64,000 bases of DNA from NCBI GenBank assembly GCA_964595465.1, contig CAZQQI010000001.1:68952-132951 (forward strand), written 5' to 3'. The position numbers and the translations under genes were made by a program. The stretch's first letter is position 1; every line of letters begins with the position of its first letter. Origin of the DNA: an uncultured Planctomycetales bacterium (GTDB taxonomy: Bacteria > Omnitrophota > Gorgyraeia > Zapsychrales > JANLHA01). Positions 28,898-39,320 of the stretch are shown here, piece by piece. The notes under the pieces were generated by a model. That model had not been told where the DNA came from and made no database searches. It worked only from the letters and a program-made list of their open reading frames with translations.

Positions 28898-29189
28898 CGC
28901 TTTTTAAAAGATTATGTCTCTATGATTTTTGACTCTTTGAAAAAAATAAATGAGTATGACGGATACGACAATGCTTTCGTGTGCTATTTTGCAGACGAAT
29001 GGCTCAGGAAGATCGGGAGAGACGCGTTCGCTCAAACAACCTCCCGAACATTTTTATAATGAATCGTTGGGTTCGGAACTCGTTCTGCGCGTCCCTCGCA
29101 ATCTTTTTTACCGCCATTCGAGCAGAAACTCGTTAAATACGAAACAGCACATTATCCTGTGTTTTACCCGCACAAAAGTTCATAGAGTC
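28898..29189. repeat. Structured intergenic repeat, copy B (about 290 bp), between aroA stop and mreB promoter
   Basis: About 88% identical to 3342-3629 with the same nested inverted repeats. Its right end coincides with the aroA stop codon TTA at 29190-29192. Confidence 0.75.
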
Positions 29190-30479
29190 TTATTTTTTAA
29201 TTGTCAGCCGGGCTCCCAGCGCGCTCAAGTCGCGGAAAAACCCGGGATAGGATTTTGTCACGCACTGCGCGTTCTTCACCGCTGCCCCCAGGCGTAACCC
29301 GGCGATACTGAAAGCCATGGCCAGACGATGATCGCTGTGCGAATCAAACCGAATATTTCTGTTATACTCCTCTTCCCGCCGGGGAACGATCGTCAGACTG
29401 TCAGACGTCTCTTCAACCCCGGCGCCGACTTTGCATAATTCCCGGCGCAGATCCGTAATGCGATCCGATTCTTTGGCCCGGACATGAGCGATATCCGTGA
29501 AGCGGGTTCTGCCGCGGGCGAACAGGCTTAGAACCGCCAGCACCGGCAGAAGATCAGGACAATTTTTTAAAGAAAACCGTCCGCCCTTTAACATAAACGG
29601 ACCACGCAGACGTATGGAGCGCGATGTCTTGACACAGGACACGCCCATCTTTTGCAGCAGACCCATAATGCGCCCATCCGCCTGAATTATGTTATCCTGA
29701 AGAGACCCATTAAGCGTAACACCAGAATCGGTCAACGCCGCGCCTGCCATAAGAAACGCAGCCAGGCCGTAATCCGAGGGAATGGTCCAGCGCAGACCGC
29801 GGAAACGCTGATTTCCGGGAATACGGAACAGCCGCGGACTGCGGCGGATAATCTGAACACCGGCACGCTGCAGAACCTGTATGGTCATCTGCACATAATC
29901 CTGCGAAACGACTTTTTTCCCAGTAACCCGTAAAACCGTGTCATGCGGCAGCGCGGGACAGGCCATCAGCAGAGCCGAAATAAACTGAGAACTTAATGAC
30001 CCGTCGATACGGATCTCACCGCCGATCAGTTTTCCTCCGGAAAATACGATCGGAACACTATCCTTTTCCCCTTTTCCTGATACGTGAACACCCAGCTGCT
30101 GCAGGACCTGCACCAGATGATGATTAGGACGCCCCCTCAATGAACCGCTTCCCACAACCCGCACAGGCTGTTCACGTAAAGCGAGCAGCGGCAGCAGCAG
30201 GCGCAAAACGGTTCCGGATTCATGGACATCGATCACCCGGGAAAGGGCAGCGTCCTGTGAAGCGGCAATCTTCCAACGATCCCCTTCAACCTGCATCTGA
30301 GCGCCGAGGGCACGGGCTGCCTCCGCGGCAGCCAGAGCGTCGTCGCATTCTGAAGGAGCTGTCAAATATGAACGTCCTCCGCAGGCCGCGGTCATAAAGG
30401 CCCGGACAGAGTAAGATTTTGAGGCAGGAAGCCGGACACAGCCTCGTAAATTGTGTGTCGGTTCTATCGTTGCGATCAT
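29190..30479 (-). CDS. aroA: 3-phosphoshikimate 1-carboxyvinyltransferase (EPSP synthase)
   Basis: 429 aa; LPASKSYSVRA and the two-domain EPSPS sequence (GNSGTTMRLL-like region, RPNHHL, DHRLAMAFS). Confidence 0.9.
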   Translation of the reverse strand: MIATIEPTHNLRGCVRLPASKSYSVRAFMTAACGGRSYLTAPSECDDALAAAEAARALGAQMQVEGDRWKIAASQDAALSRVIDVHESGTVLRLLLPLLALREQPVRVVGSGSLRGRPNHHLVQVLQQLGVHVSGKGEKDSVPIVFSGGKLIGGEIRIDGSLSSQFISALLMACPALPHDTVLRVTGKKVVSQDYVQMTIQVLQRAGVQIIRRSPRLFRIPGNQRFRGLRWTIPSDYGLAAFLMAGAALTDSGVTLNGSLQDNIIQADGRIMGLLQKMGVSCVKTSRSIRLRGPFMLKGGRFSLKNCPDLLPVLAVLSLFARGRTRFTDIAHVRAKESDRITDLRRELCKVGAGVEETSDSLTIVPRREEEYNRNIRFDSHSDHRLAMAFSIAGLRLGAAVKNAQCVTKSYPGFFRDLSALGARLTIKK

Positions 30480-31291
30480 TGGGGAAGGATCACCTCGTCC
30501 CCTTCGGCTATTCCCTGGCCGGTCAAAGGCGAAACAAGATCCGCGGCAGACATTTCCGGCAGGACACGGGTGACTTTAACCTCGCCGACTGCTCCGCCTT
30601 CACGCGTGACCGTCAAAACAGTATCAGGGGTGATCCCGTGCTGTTCCCCTAGATCCACGATCACAAAATTCGCTTCAGTATCGACGGAGATCACACTGCC
30701 CCGCAGGCCCTCTTCCGGATTGACCACGATCTTTTTTAAATCAACATCATCCATCTGCGCCGCAGCTCCCGAACCGCTCTGTTCTTCCGTCCTGGTCTTA
30801 AACTCATCATATTCCTGCTGAAGGTCCTGATACTTCTGCTGAATGTTCTGATTCTCCTCCAAAGCCTTATCAAGCTCCTGCTGGAGCTGGGCAGCCCGCT
30901 CTTCCAAAGAAGCAACGGTGTTGTCCATCTCGTCTTTCAACTGTTTACGCGTATTTTTCAGTTCATTCAGAGCCGCCTGAAGATCCCGGTTTTCTTTCTT
31001 GATCTCTTCACGAACTCCTTCAACCACATCAAGCTCTTCCAGGATATCTTCGATCTTGGTCTCAGATTCTTTCAATTTTTTTTCCAGGATCTCTTTGGCC
31101 TTTTCTATATCAGCCAACTCTTTTCTGAGAGACTGCTCCGCGATGGCTTTCTGCTCAAGATTATACTCTGCTGTCTCCCTCAACCGCATTTCCTGAATAA
31201 AGAAAAAAACAGAGATCGCTGTTAAAGAGACCAGTAAGACCGCGATCACAACCAGAAAAATCGCTAATGCTTTTCCGGAATTATTACGCAT
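30476..31291 (-). CDS. Membrane-anchored coiled-coil protein with a small C-terminal beta domain (271 aa), translationally coupled to aroA
   Basis: N-terminal TM helix, about 170 aa coiled-coil, and a C-terminus (SVISVDTEANFVIVDLGEQHGITPDTVLTV...EGDEVILP). Its stop overlaps the aroA start. Confidence 0.5.
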   Translation of the reverse strand: MRNNSGKALAIFLVVIAVLLVSLTAISVFFFIQEMRLRETAEYNLEQKAIAEQSLRKELADIEKAKEILEKKLKESETKIEDILEELDVVEGVREEIKKENRDLQAALNELKNTRKQLKDEMDNTVASLEERAAQLQQELDKALEENQNIQQKYQDLQQEYDEFKTRTEEQSGSGAAAQMDDVDLKKIVVNPEEGLRGSVISVDTEANFVIVDLGEQHGITPDTVLTVTREGGAVGEVKVTRVLPEMSAADLVSPLTGQGIAEGDEVILPQ

Positions 31292-31326
31292 GCACTCCTC
31301 CTTTGAAATAAATTCGCTGTATAAGT

Positions 31327-31355
31327 ATTATAAAAAAAAATGCGGGCAAGTAAAG
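31327..31355 (-). promoter_or_regulatory. Possible promoter (-10 TATAAT preceded by a 9 nt T-tract) upstream of the coiled-coil/aroA transcription unit
   Basis: Minus strand TATAAT (plus 31327-31332) about 35 nt upstream of the ATG, with an AGGAGG SD; the -35 is weak (CTTTAC). Confidence 0.25.
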
Positions 31356-31390
31356 CGGGAAAGCGAATTAATGCATTTGAACTCAAAGCC

Positions 31391-31975
31391 TTAATAGAAT
31401 ACAGCTTCGGCCAAAGAGGGACTCTGCCATAACCCGCTGCCCGCAGACCGCGCCTCTTGATATAATCGATCGAACTCATCGGCATAGCGGACATTGGGAG
31501 GAATAGGCATGGGCCGGGCATAACCGGCCTGAATGATCACGGCATTGAGCATCGTGTCCTCATCCAGATAAACATATCCTAACAAACGGCCGTATTTATC
31601 CCGGCGTTCAATGTCGAACTCCAACCGGACCATCTTCCCGCTGACCAGGTCACGGGTAAACGCCGAGGCCTTCTTACCCTGCCGCATGATCAGTTCGTCA
31701 GAAAGGCCGCTGCGGCGGGCATCCCGCCGGAGCTTGTCGCTGGGATAGGCCTCGGGAGAATCAATGCCGATCAGCCTTAGCTTTTCGCCGTTTTCCAACT
31801 GAACCGTATCCCCATCGTAAACATAGCTGACCCGGACATTCTGATAATCAACCGGCGGCCGGCAGGCCGGCAGGCCGGCAACCGTCCATGCGATCAGACC
31901 ATAAAATAAAAGGCGTTTTCCAATTCCCCTCCGGGCATCGTCAAATATCTGACATCTCTTTCCTGCAATATTCAT
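31391..31975 (-). CDS. Thermonuclease / staphylococcal-nuclease (SNase) family protein, secreted
   Basis: VYDGDTVQL...IGIDSPE...GRLLGYVYL are SNase-fold catalytic/Ca-binding motifs; N-terminal hydrophobic signal. Confidence 0.75.
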   Translation of the reverse strand: MNIAGKRCQIFDDARRGIGKRLLFYGLIAWTVAGLPACRPPVDYQNVRVSYVYDGDTVQLENGEKLRLIGIDSPEAYPSDKLRRDARRSGLSDELIMRQGKKASAFTRDLVSGKMVRLEFDIERRDKYGRLLGYVYLDEDTMLNAVIIQAGYARPMPIPPNVRYADEFDRLYQEARSAGSGLWQSPSLAEAVFY

Positions 31976-32037
31976 AACGGTTGTACCCTTTTTGGGGCGT
32001 CTTTTTACTGAAATACGGAAAAAATGAGAAAGATTTA

Positions 32038-32071
32038 GTCGCTACATTGCTACCAGTAGCAATGTAGCGAC
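32038..32071. promoter_or_regulatory. Perfect 15 bp inverted repeat with a 4 nt spacer (GTCGCTACATTGCTA-CCAG-TAGCAATGTAGCGAC); candidate operator or terminator
   Basis: Lies between the rluD stop and the SNase start. It is AU-rich rather than GC-rich, and only an imperfect T-run follows on the minus strand. Confidence 0.4.
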
Positions 32072-32108
32072 ACCTGTTTCATCCGTTAAGATAAATTTTG
32101 ACAAAAAA

Positions 32109-33023
32109 TTATGCCGGCGTTTTCATTTTTAAAAACTCATCGGGGAGCGGAGCCGTGATCTCCATCCACGCCCTGCGGACAGGATGCTTGAAAGCGACCG
32201 CCTGCGCGTGAAGCGCCAACCGGGAAAAAGATCGGGGATTACCGTATTTATCATCTCCCAGGATCGGATGACCGATATACTTCATATGCACACGGAGCTG
32301 ATGTGTCCTGCCGGTTTTGGGAAACAAGGCCGCCACCGTCGCTGTTTCTCCGCAGCGGACCAAAACCCGGTAATACGTTTTCGCCGGGCGGGCGTCGGGC
32401 GCGCTGAACGACACGGCGCGTTTATCAAAATACCGGCTGTGCCTGGCCAGCGGGGCTTCAATAACCCCTTCGTTCAGCTCCATCTTTCCCTTGACGAGGG
32501 CGATATACTTTTTCCGGACGCGATGTTTCTCAAATTGCTTGGCCAGATGAAAATGGGCCTCATTATGCTTCGCGGCCAGGATCACGCCGCTGGTCTCCCG
32601 ATCCAGGCGGTGAACAATACCCGGACGTTCCGCCGTGTTCAGGTCGGACAATGTAGCGCAGTGGGCCAGAAGGGCGTTCACCAGTGTCTCGCTTCCCCGG
32701 CCGTGAACGGGATGAACCAGCATACCCGCCGGTTTATTAACAGCAATAATATCCGCGTCCTCATACAGGACATCCAAAAAGATCTCGCGCGGCTGAGGAA
32801 GATCAGGAGCCGTCCGCGGATCAGGGCGCTCAACAATAATCCGCTGTCCGGCGATGACTTTGCAGCGGGGAGCTACCTTCTCCCCCTCGACCGTGACCGC
32901 GCCCTGTTCGATCAGACGCTTAACCGCGCTGCGCGAGCAGGACGGATCCAGATGCCCGGCCAAAAATACATCAACACGCTGTCCCGCGTCTTCATCCCCG
33001 ACTATGAGATGACAGGTCTCCAC
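32109..33023 (-). CDS. rluD: 23S rRNA pseudouridine synthase, RluA/RluD family, with N-terminal S4 domain
   Basis: HRLDRETSGVILAAK contains the catalytic Asp motif; an S4-like N-terminus precedes it. Confidence 0.85.
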   Translation of the reverse strand: METCHLIVGDEDAGQRVDVFLAGHLDPSCSRSAVKRLIEQGAVTVEGEKVAPRCKVIAGQRIIVERPDPRTAPDLPQPREIFLDVLYEDADIIAVNKPAGMLVHPVHGRGSETLVNALLAHCATLSDLNTAERPGIVHRLDRETSGVILAAKHNEAHFHLAKQFEKHRVRKKYIALVKGKMELNEGVIEAPLARHSRYFDKRAVSFSAPDARPAKTYYRVLVRCGETATVAALFPKTGRTHQLRVHMKYIGHPILGDDKYGNPRSFSRLALHAQAVAFKHPVRRAWMEITAPLPDEFLKMKTPA

Positions 33024-33753
33024 GCGCCCCCCTCTTATTCAGATAAAACAGCAGACCGCTGCCGACGATGAAGATCACCAGACTGATCCACTGGAACACA
33101 CTCAGCCCGGCCGTCCACTGATCATGATCGGCGCGGAAAAATTCAATAAAAAAACGCTGCACAGCATACAGGATCATGTACAGGGCGAAAACCGACCCCG
33201 GACGAAGCGCTGATCTCCGGCTAAACCTAAGCACGAAAAAAATCACCAGCAAAGCCGCTGATGCATACAGCTGCGTGGGATGCAGATGCGCGTCATGAAC
33301 CGGAAAATACACTCCCCAGCCGACCTGCCTGCCATAACAGCAGCCGTTAAGAAAACAGCCGATCCGCCCGATAGCATGACCCAAGGCCAAATACGGCGCG
33401 ATCAAATCCGCCATAAAACAAAACGACCACCCTTTGCGCCGGATAAATATTATCGCGGCCGCTCCGCCCAACAGCAGACCGCCCTGAACAGCCAGGCCGC
33501 CGTGATGGACCATGAAAATTTCCAGAGGATTACGCAGAAAAAACGATAGGTTCAGAACAATAAAAAACAGACGGGCCCCGATAATCCCGGCGATCACGGT
33601 CCAAAAGATCAGGTCATAGATCTCGTCCGGACGGATCTGGTGAGCCCGTGCTTCCCTGGCCAGAAACCAGCCGCAGACCACAACGGCCAGGGCCAGCATC
33701 AATCCATAAGAAAAAACCGTTAGAGGACCAATCCGGCATATGACAGGATACAT
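32992..33753 (-). CDS. lgt: Prolipoprotein diacylglyceryl transferase
   Basis: 253 aa polytopic protein; the Lgt signature G(x)GRxGNFxNxE-like region appears as GRIGCFLNGCCYG. Classic lgt position. Confidence 0.85.
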   Translation of the reverse strand: MYPVICRIGPLTVFSYGLMLALAVVVCGWFLAREARAHQIRPDEIYDLIFWTVIAGIIGARLFFIVLNLSFFLRNPLEIFMVHHGGLAVQGGLLLGGAAAIIFIRRKGWSFCFMADLIAPYLALGHAIGRIGCFLNGCCYGRQVGWGVYFPVHDAHLHPTQLYASAALLVIFFVLRFSRRSALRPGSVFALYMILYAVQRFFIEFFRADHDQWTAGLSVFQWISLVIFIVGSGLLFYLNKRGARGDLSSHSRG

Positions 33754-33816
33754 TTTTTCTCCTCACTGCTCCATTGCAACATAATATGATCTCACCACGG
33801 CGTAAATCAAGCATGC

Positions 33817-34302
33817 TTAACGTTTCTTGAACGCCGGCAGGCAGGTCCAGGCGATCAGAACCGCGCCGATAGTGATCGCGCTGTCAGCGATATTAAAGAC
33901 CGGCCAGACCCGAAGGTCAATGAAGTCCACCACATATCCATAAACGATACGGTCGATCAAATTACCGATCGCGCCGGCGAGGATCAGGGAAAACGCAAAA
34001 ATATAGAGCTCACTGATCTTCTCTTCATGACGATTATAATAATAAATATTGTAGATTAAAAGAATAATGGCGATCACAGGAATAATGATGAAGACCACCC
34101 CTTGGTCTTTAAACAGCCCGAAGGCAATCCCGGTGTTATGCACCAGAGTGATATGCATGATATTGCGGATAATTGGCAGGGATTCGCCAGGGGAAAAGAC
34201 ATCCGTGACAAACCACTTAGAGACCCGATCCAGAAACACGATCAACGTAACAGTGGTAAGAGAAAAAATAATATCGAATTGCGACCGCAACAGTTTTTTC
34301 AT
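33817..34302 (-). CDS. lspA: Lipoprotein signal peptidase II
   Basis: 161 aa; conserved LspA regions (NTGIAFG, FNIADSAI); the canonical ileS-lspA linkage. Confidence 0.9.
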   Translation of the reverse strand: MKKLLRSQFDIIFSLTTVTLIVFLDRVSKWFVTDVFSPGESLPIIRNIMHITLVHNTGIAFGLFKDQGVVFIIIPVIAIILLIYNIYYYNRHEEKISELYIFAFSLILAGAIGNLIDRIVYGYVVDFIDLRVWPVFNIADSAITIGAVLIAWTCLPAFKKR

Positions 34303-34320
34303 ATCGTCTGCGCCCGCGGC

Positions 34321-34704
34321 CTATGCGTTCTTTTCAAGTTCTTCCTGACATTTCAGGCAGGTCTCAGCATAAGGCAATGCCTGCAGACGCTTCAGAGGAA
34401 TCACACCGCCGCATTCTTTACAATTGCCGTATTCTCCTCTTTCCAAACGGACAATCGATTCATCGATCTTATGCAGAAGCTCGCGTTCATTGGAAGCAAG
34501 ATTCAAGCTGAATTCGCGATCATACATATCTGTAGCCGCGTCAGCCATATGCATCCCGTGGCCCACAATATTTTCACCATTGCTCCCGGTATTATTATTC
34601 CCGTCATTGATATTTTTAATATCGTGCAGTAATTCGGCCTTCATTCCTTCCAGCCGCTTTTTGAACTGCTGGGTCTTTTTCTGATCCATACGTCTTTCTG
34701 GCAT
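34321..34704 (-). CDS. DksA/TraR-family C4 zinc-finger protein
   Basis: C-terminal CKECGGVIPLKRLQALPYAETCLKCQ is a CxxC-x17-CxxC motif, preceded by a coiled-coil region. Confidence 0.75.
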   Translation of the reverse strand: MPERRMDQKKTQQFKKRLEGMKAELLHDIKNINDGNNNTGSNGENIVGHGMHMADAATDMYDREFSLNLASNERELLHKIDESIVRLERGEYGNCKECGGVIPLKRLQALPYAETCLKCQEELEKNA

Positions 34705-34743
34705 ATTTTTTCTCCTTAGATCAATTCAGTCCTCTTGTCGATG

Positions 34744-37563
34744 TCAACGGGCGGTGCCCTCATTGACTACTGCGGAACACCGCTCACAAAGATCCGGATA
34801 ACGCTCATCCGCTCCCAGCTGGCGAAAATTCCAGCAGCGCTCACATTTTTCGCCGTCCGCCTGCTCAATGATCACACGCGTCTGCGCGAACTGCGGGCTA
34901 ACTCCATCACTGACCTGAGCGGTCTCGCGGATCTCAACCTGAGACACGATAAAGGCTTCCGCGAGAAAATCAGCATGTTCCGTAAGATATTGAAGATCCC
35001 GTTCGCTGGCAGATTCAAATATGACCTTGGCCTGCAGAGAACTGCGCATATTTCCTCTGGCGCGCAGATCCTCGATCGCCTTCAGCACAAAGGGGCGCAA
35101 TTCAACCAGGGGTACAAAATCCCGGACCACCTGATCATTTTTCCATTGATCCGGAAGGTCGAGCCATTGCATAAGATGCACACTGTCAGCATCAGATGCG
35201 TCCGGATCACGAGGCATGGCCTGAGCCACTTCTTCCGCAGTAAATGATAAGATCGGCGCCAGCAGACGGACCAGATGCTGAACAATATAATAAAGAACAG
35301 TCTGCGCGGACCGTCTTTCCGGTGCCGCGGTGTGAGAAGTATACAGACGGTCCTTCAGAATGTCAAGATAAAAACTCGACAGATCATCATTACAAAACCG
35401 ATAAATATCCGTAAAAACATCCGCGAATTCATACTGATTATAATGCTGTTTGATATCAGCGACCCGCCGGTATAAACAGTCTAAAGCCCAATGGTCAACC
35501 GGCGGCATGTCATGATAGTTAACAATATGTTGCTTCGGATCAAATCCATTGAGATTACCCAGCAGATAACGCAGCGTATTGCGGATTTTCCGATAAGCGT
35601 CAATATCCCGGGCCAGGATCTCTTTGGACAAACGGACATCCTCGTGATAATGGCTGGCCGCTACCCAGAGACGCAGAATATCAGCACCATATTGCCCCGT
35701 GATCTCATCCGGTCCGATCACATTGCCCAGGGATTTAGACATCTTACGGCCCTCACCGTCAACCACAAACCCGTGGGTCAGAACAGCTTTATACGGCGGC
35801 CGATCTTCTATGGCCACAGCCGGGATCAACGATGATTGAAACCATCCACGGTGCTGATCCGAGCCCTCCAGATACAGATCAGCGGGCAGTTCCCGGTCCA
35901 TCATCGGGCCGATAACGGCACGATGGCTTACCCCGGAATCAAACCAGACGTCCAAAATATCAAAGGTTTTTTCAAATTCTGTGCATCCCGTCTCAGGACA
36001 GGTAAACCCTTGCGGAATAAGGTCTTGAATGTCTTTTTTAAACCAGGCGTCCGTGCCCTCCGTGCGGGCAATTCCGGCAAAATGCTCAATGACCTCAGGA
36101 TACAGGCGATGCGCGCCATCGGTGCCGACACATTTCAGCGCGGGGATCGGCACTCCCCAATGCCGCTGACGCGAGAGACACCAATCCGGACGCCCCACAA
36201 CCATACCCCGTATACGATCTTGTCCGGCTTCCGGGATCCACTGAACATCATGTTCCACATGATGTTTGAGACGCGCGCGTAATCCGTCATGATCGATGTT
36301 CATAAACCACTGCTGCGTCGCGCGGAACACGATCGGTCGCTTACAGCGCCAGCAATGCGGATACGAATGGGTAATCGTTTTGGCAAAGAACAGCAAACCG
36401 CGCTTTTCGAGATCTTCGACAATCCTGGGATTCGCCTTGAACACATGCATGCCGGCAAAAGCACCGCCGGCTTCAGTAAAACATCCCCGGTCATCAACCG
36501 GCATTAAAATATCAAGACCATGATCCCGTCCGGCTTCATAATCCTCCTGGCCATGTCCCGGTGCAGTATGGACCAGACCGGTACCGTCCTCACGCGTCAC
36601 ATAATCGGTATGGATCACCCGGCAATTCGCGGCCATGCCGAAAGGATGCTGGTAGCGCAACGGCTTGAGCGCTTCGCCCGGCATCTCGGCAATAATCTGA
36701 TGTTCTTTACCGGCCTCTTCCAGAACCCGCGAAGCAAGGGTCTTCTCCAGGATCAGCACCTCATCACCAATATCCGCAGCAGCATATTCAAAATGAGGAT
36801 GCGCCGCGACAGCCACATTGGCCAGCAGGGTCCAGGGGGTTGTGGTCCAGATCAGCAATGATACCGGCTTATCCGTCGATAATCCGGCAAGCTCTCCGCT
36901 GTTCTCAACCAAAAACTTCACATAGACCGACGGAGACGAGTGATCGTCATATTCCACTTCCGCCTCGGCCAGAGCAGTTTCACATTCCGAACACCAGTTG
37001 ACCGGTTTCAGACCGCGGTAAATGTAGCCTTTTTTGACCAGTTCAGCAAACGACATCAAAATGCACTGTTCATATTCCGGCTGCAGAGTCAAATACGGAT
37101 GGTCCCATTCCCCGAATATCCCCAGCCGCTGAAACTGCTCCCGCTGAATACCAACAAACCGCAGGGCATAATCATGGGCCTGCTTACGGAATTCCGCAGA
37201 ATCGACGTCGGACTTGCGTTTTTTCAGCTTTTTAAAAAGCTGATGTTCAATAGGCAGGCCATGGCAGTCCCATCCCGGGACATACAGGGCGTCATACCCC
37301 TGCATAGTGCGCATTTTAACAATAATATCTTTCAGAATCTTGTTCAGCGCATGGCCGATATGGATGTTTCCGTTGGCATACGGAGGACCGTCATGCAGAA
37401 TAAACGGCGGACATCCGGCCGATTTCTCGCGGATCTTTTCATAAAGGCCGTCCTGCTCCCAGGATTGCAGCATCTCCGGTTCTTTACGGACCAATCCGGC
37501 CCTCATAGAAAAATCCGTCTGCGGCAGGTTCAAAGTATGTTGATATTTGTTTTTCATAAGCAC
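34744..37563 (-). CDS. ileS: Isoleucine--tRNA ligase
   Basis: 939 aa; HIGH motif ([11 protein letters not shown]), KMSKS, and C-terminal Zn-finger cysteines (CERCWN...CERC). Confidence 0.95.
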   Translation of the reverse strand: MLMKNKYQHTLNLPQTDFSMRAGLVRKEPEMLQSWEQDGLYEKIREKSAGCPPFILHDGPPYANGNIHIGHALNKILKDIIVKMRTMQGYDALYVPGWDCHGLPIEHQLFKKLKKRKSDVDSAEFRKQAHDYALRFVGIQREQFQRLGIFGEWDHPYLTLQPEYEQCILMSFAELVKKGYIYRGLKPVNWCSECETALAEAEVEYDDHSSPSVYVKFLVENSGELAGLSTDKPVSLLIWTTTPWTLLANVAVAAHPHFEYAAADIGDEVLILEKTLASRVLEEAGKEHQIIAEMPGEALKPLRYQHPFGMAANCRVIHTDYVTREDGTGLVHTAPGHGQEDYEAGRDHGLDILMPVDDRGCFTEAGGAFAGMHVFKANPRIVEDLEKRGLLFFAKTITHSYPHCWRCKRPIVFRATQQWFMNIDHDGLRARLKHHVEHDVQWIPEAGQDRIRGMVVGRPDWCLSRQRHWGVPIPALKCVGTDGAHRLYPEVIEHFAGIARTEGTDAWFKKDIQDLIPQGFTCPETGCTEFEKTFDILDVWFDSGVSHRAVIGPMMDRELPADLYLEGSDQHRGWFQSSLIPAVAIEDRPPYKAVLTHGFVVDGEGRKMSKSLGNVIGPDEITGQYGADILRLWVAASHYHEDVRLSKEILARDIDAYRKIRNTLRYLLGNLNGFDPKQHIVNYHDMPPVDHWALDCLYRRVADIKQHYNQYEFADVFTDIYRFCNDDLSSFYLDILKDRLYTSHTAAPERRSAQTVLYYIVQHLVRLLAPILSFTAEEVAQAMPRDPDASDADSVHLMQWLDLPDQWKNDQVVRDFVPLVELRPFVLKAIEDLRARGNMRSSLQAKVIFESASERDLQYLTEHADFLAEAFIVSQVEIRETAQVSDGVSPQFAQTRVIIEQADGEKCERCWNFRQLGADERYPDLCERCSAVVNEGTAR

Positions 37564-37614
37564 TATCAGACCCCTGACCGTCCGGCGTAAGGTCCGACTT
37601 ATCCTTTCCGATAC

Positions 37615-38472
37615 TTATTTAATATATTTTCCGATCAGCGGTTCCAGCTCGCGTTTTTTATCTTCAGAGATCATATCCGGCGGGGTAATGATCGCGTACC
37701 GCAGAGCGTCTCGGGCGCTGAATTCTGTCATGGCGGCGATGCGCGGGATCGCCAGCTTAAGGATCTGCTGAGCGTTGACCACGTTTTTCTTCAGGGTCTT
37801 AATGATCATTTCAACCGAAACACTCTCGTGGGTCTCATGCCAGCAGTCATAATCCGTCACCGCGGCCAGGGTAGCATAAGAGATCTCCGCTTCCCGGGCC
37901 AGTTTGGCTTCGGTGGCCGTAGTCATACCGATCACATCTGCGCCCCAGGCGCGGTACAGGTTAGATTCGGCTTTGGTCGAAAACTGGGGGCCTTCCATAT
38001 TAACATAGGTGCCGGATCCGTGGATACCCAGACCGAGTTCTCGAGCTGAATCAGCCAGAACAGCCCGCAGTTCCGGTGCGGTCGGTTCACCGAAGGCAGC
38101 ATGGACCGCTAAGCCTTCCGTGAAAAAACTGGTCTCTCTTTTGAACGTGCGATCAATGAACTGATCGGGAAGAACAAAATCCAGCGGCTTGAGTTCTTCT
38201 TTCAGACTGCCGCAGGCCGAAACCGAAACAATGGCATCCACACCGAGCTTTTTCATACCGAAAATATTGGCGCGGTAATTGATCCGCGATGGGGAAATAC
38301 GATGCCCCTTGCCGTGACGGGCCAGAAAAACCACATCGATTTCATTATAACGGGCGATCATAAAGTTTCCGGAAGGCGAACCAAAGGGAGTAGCTAAAGG
38401 CCGTTCTTCTAAGACATTCAGGTCCTCCATTTCATACAGACCGCTGCCGCCGATAATCCCGATTTTCGCCAT
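37615..38472 (-). CDS. mtnP: S-methyl-5'-thioadenosine phosphorylase (PNP/MTAP family)
   Basis: KIGIIGGSGLY, the phosphate-binding region, and TDYDCWHE, which is typical of MTAP. Confidence 0.8.
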   Translation of the reverse strand: MAKIGIIGGSGLYEMEDLNVLEERPLATPFGSPSGNFMIARYNEIDVVFLARHGKGHRISPSRINYRANIFGMKKLGVDAIVSVSACGSLKEELKPLDFVLPDQFIDRTFKRETSFFTEGLAVHAAFGEPTAPELRAVLADSARELGLGIHGSGTYVNMEGPQFSTKAESNLYRAWGADVIGMTTATEAKLAREAEISYATLAAVTDYDCWHETHESVSVEMIIKTLKKNVVNAQQILKLAIPRIAAMTEFSARDALRYAIITPPDMISEDKKRELEPLIGKYIK

Positions 38473-38524
38473 GATCAGCTCCAAAGTTAAAGGTTGAACA
38501 GCGTCCCCGCCTGAGCCCTGTACA

Positions 38525-39310
38525 TTATGTTTTTGCCAATTCCCTGCTTCTACGGCGGGCGGCCTTCAGGGCCTTTTTAAAAAGACCTCCGATACCTTCA
38601 GCAGCGAAGACCTTGAGTGCCGCCTGGGTAGTGCCTCCACGGGACGTCACCTTGCGGCGCAGGGTCCCGGCATCATCTTTCAGCTCCGCCAGCTGACAGG
38701 CACTGCCCTTCAGGGTCTGCTCAGCCAGTCTGCGGCTGAGATCTTCGTCCAGCCCCATCGCCCGGCCGGCGCCGGTCAGACATTCCGCGATCAAAAACAC
38801 ATAAGCCGGGCCGCTGCCTGATAAAGCGGTCACAGCATCCATCTGTTTTTCCGGAACTTCAACGACTTCGCCGATGGCGGATAATATCGTTTTTGCTTTA
38901 ACAATATCTCTGCGGGTCGCATAGCGCCCGGCCGCCAGCGCGGTCATGCCTTCTCCTATCTGTGCCGGCATATTCGGCATAGCCCGGATAATCCGCGGAT
39001 TTTCCCCCAGCCGTTTCTCAAAATAGCGCGTTGTCAACCCAGCCGCAATGGAAAGCACGATCGTGCGGTTTCCCAGGCAGCCGGAAAGCCCGGTTAAAAC
39101 CGCCCCCATATCCTGCGGTTTTACGGCCAATAAAAGCACGTCCGCATTCCGTGCAGCCGACGTCACATTTCCCAGGGTAATGCCGTATTTTCTTCTCAGG
39201 CGGGATGCGCGCCGACGGTCAGCTTCGCACAAAACTACATTATGGTTCCGGCAGACACGGCTCAGAATAGCCGTTCCCATATTTCCCCCGCCGATCACTC
39301 CGATATTCAT
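38525..39310 (-). CDS. proC: Pyrroline-5-carboxylate reductase
   Basis: MNIGVIGGGNMG is a Rossmann NADP site; a ProC-like C-terminal dimerisation domain follows. Adjacent to yggS. Confidence 0.85.
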   Translation of the reverse strand: MNIGVIGGGNMGTAILSRVCRNHNVVLCEADRRRASRLRRKYGITLGNVTSAARNADVLLLAVKPQDMGAVLTGLSGCLGNRTIVLSIAAGLTTRYFEKRLGENPRIIRAMPNMPAQIGEGMTALAAGRYATRRDIVKAKTILSAIGEVVEVPEKQMDAVTALSGSGPAYVFLIAECLTGAGRAMGLDEDLSRRLAEQTLKGSACQLAELKDDAGTLRRKVTSRGGTTQAALKVFAAEGIGGLFKKALKAARRRSRELAKT

Positions 39311-39320
39311 AAACTCTCCT

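Noticed and set aside
28950-29297. 115 aa plus-strand ORF inside repeat copy B
   Set aside because: The homologous copy A has no equivalent intact ORF, because the differences between copies break the frame. The sequence is dominated by inverted repeats typical of structured RNA or MITEs rather than coding sequence.
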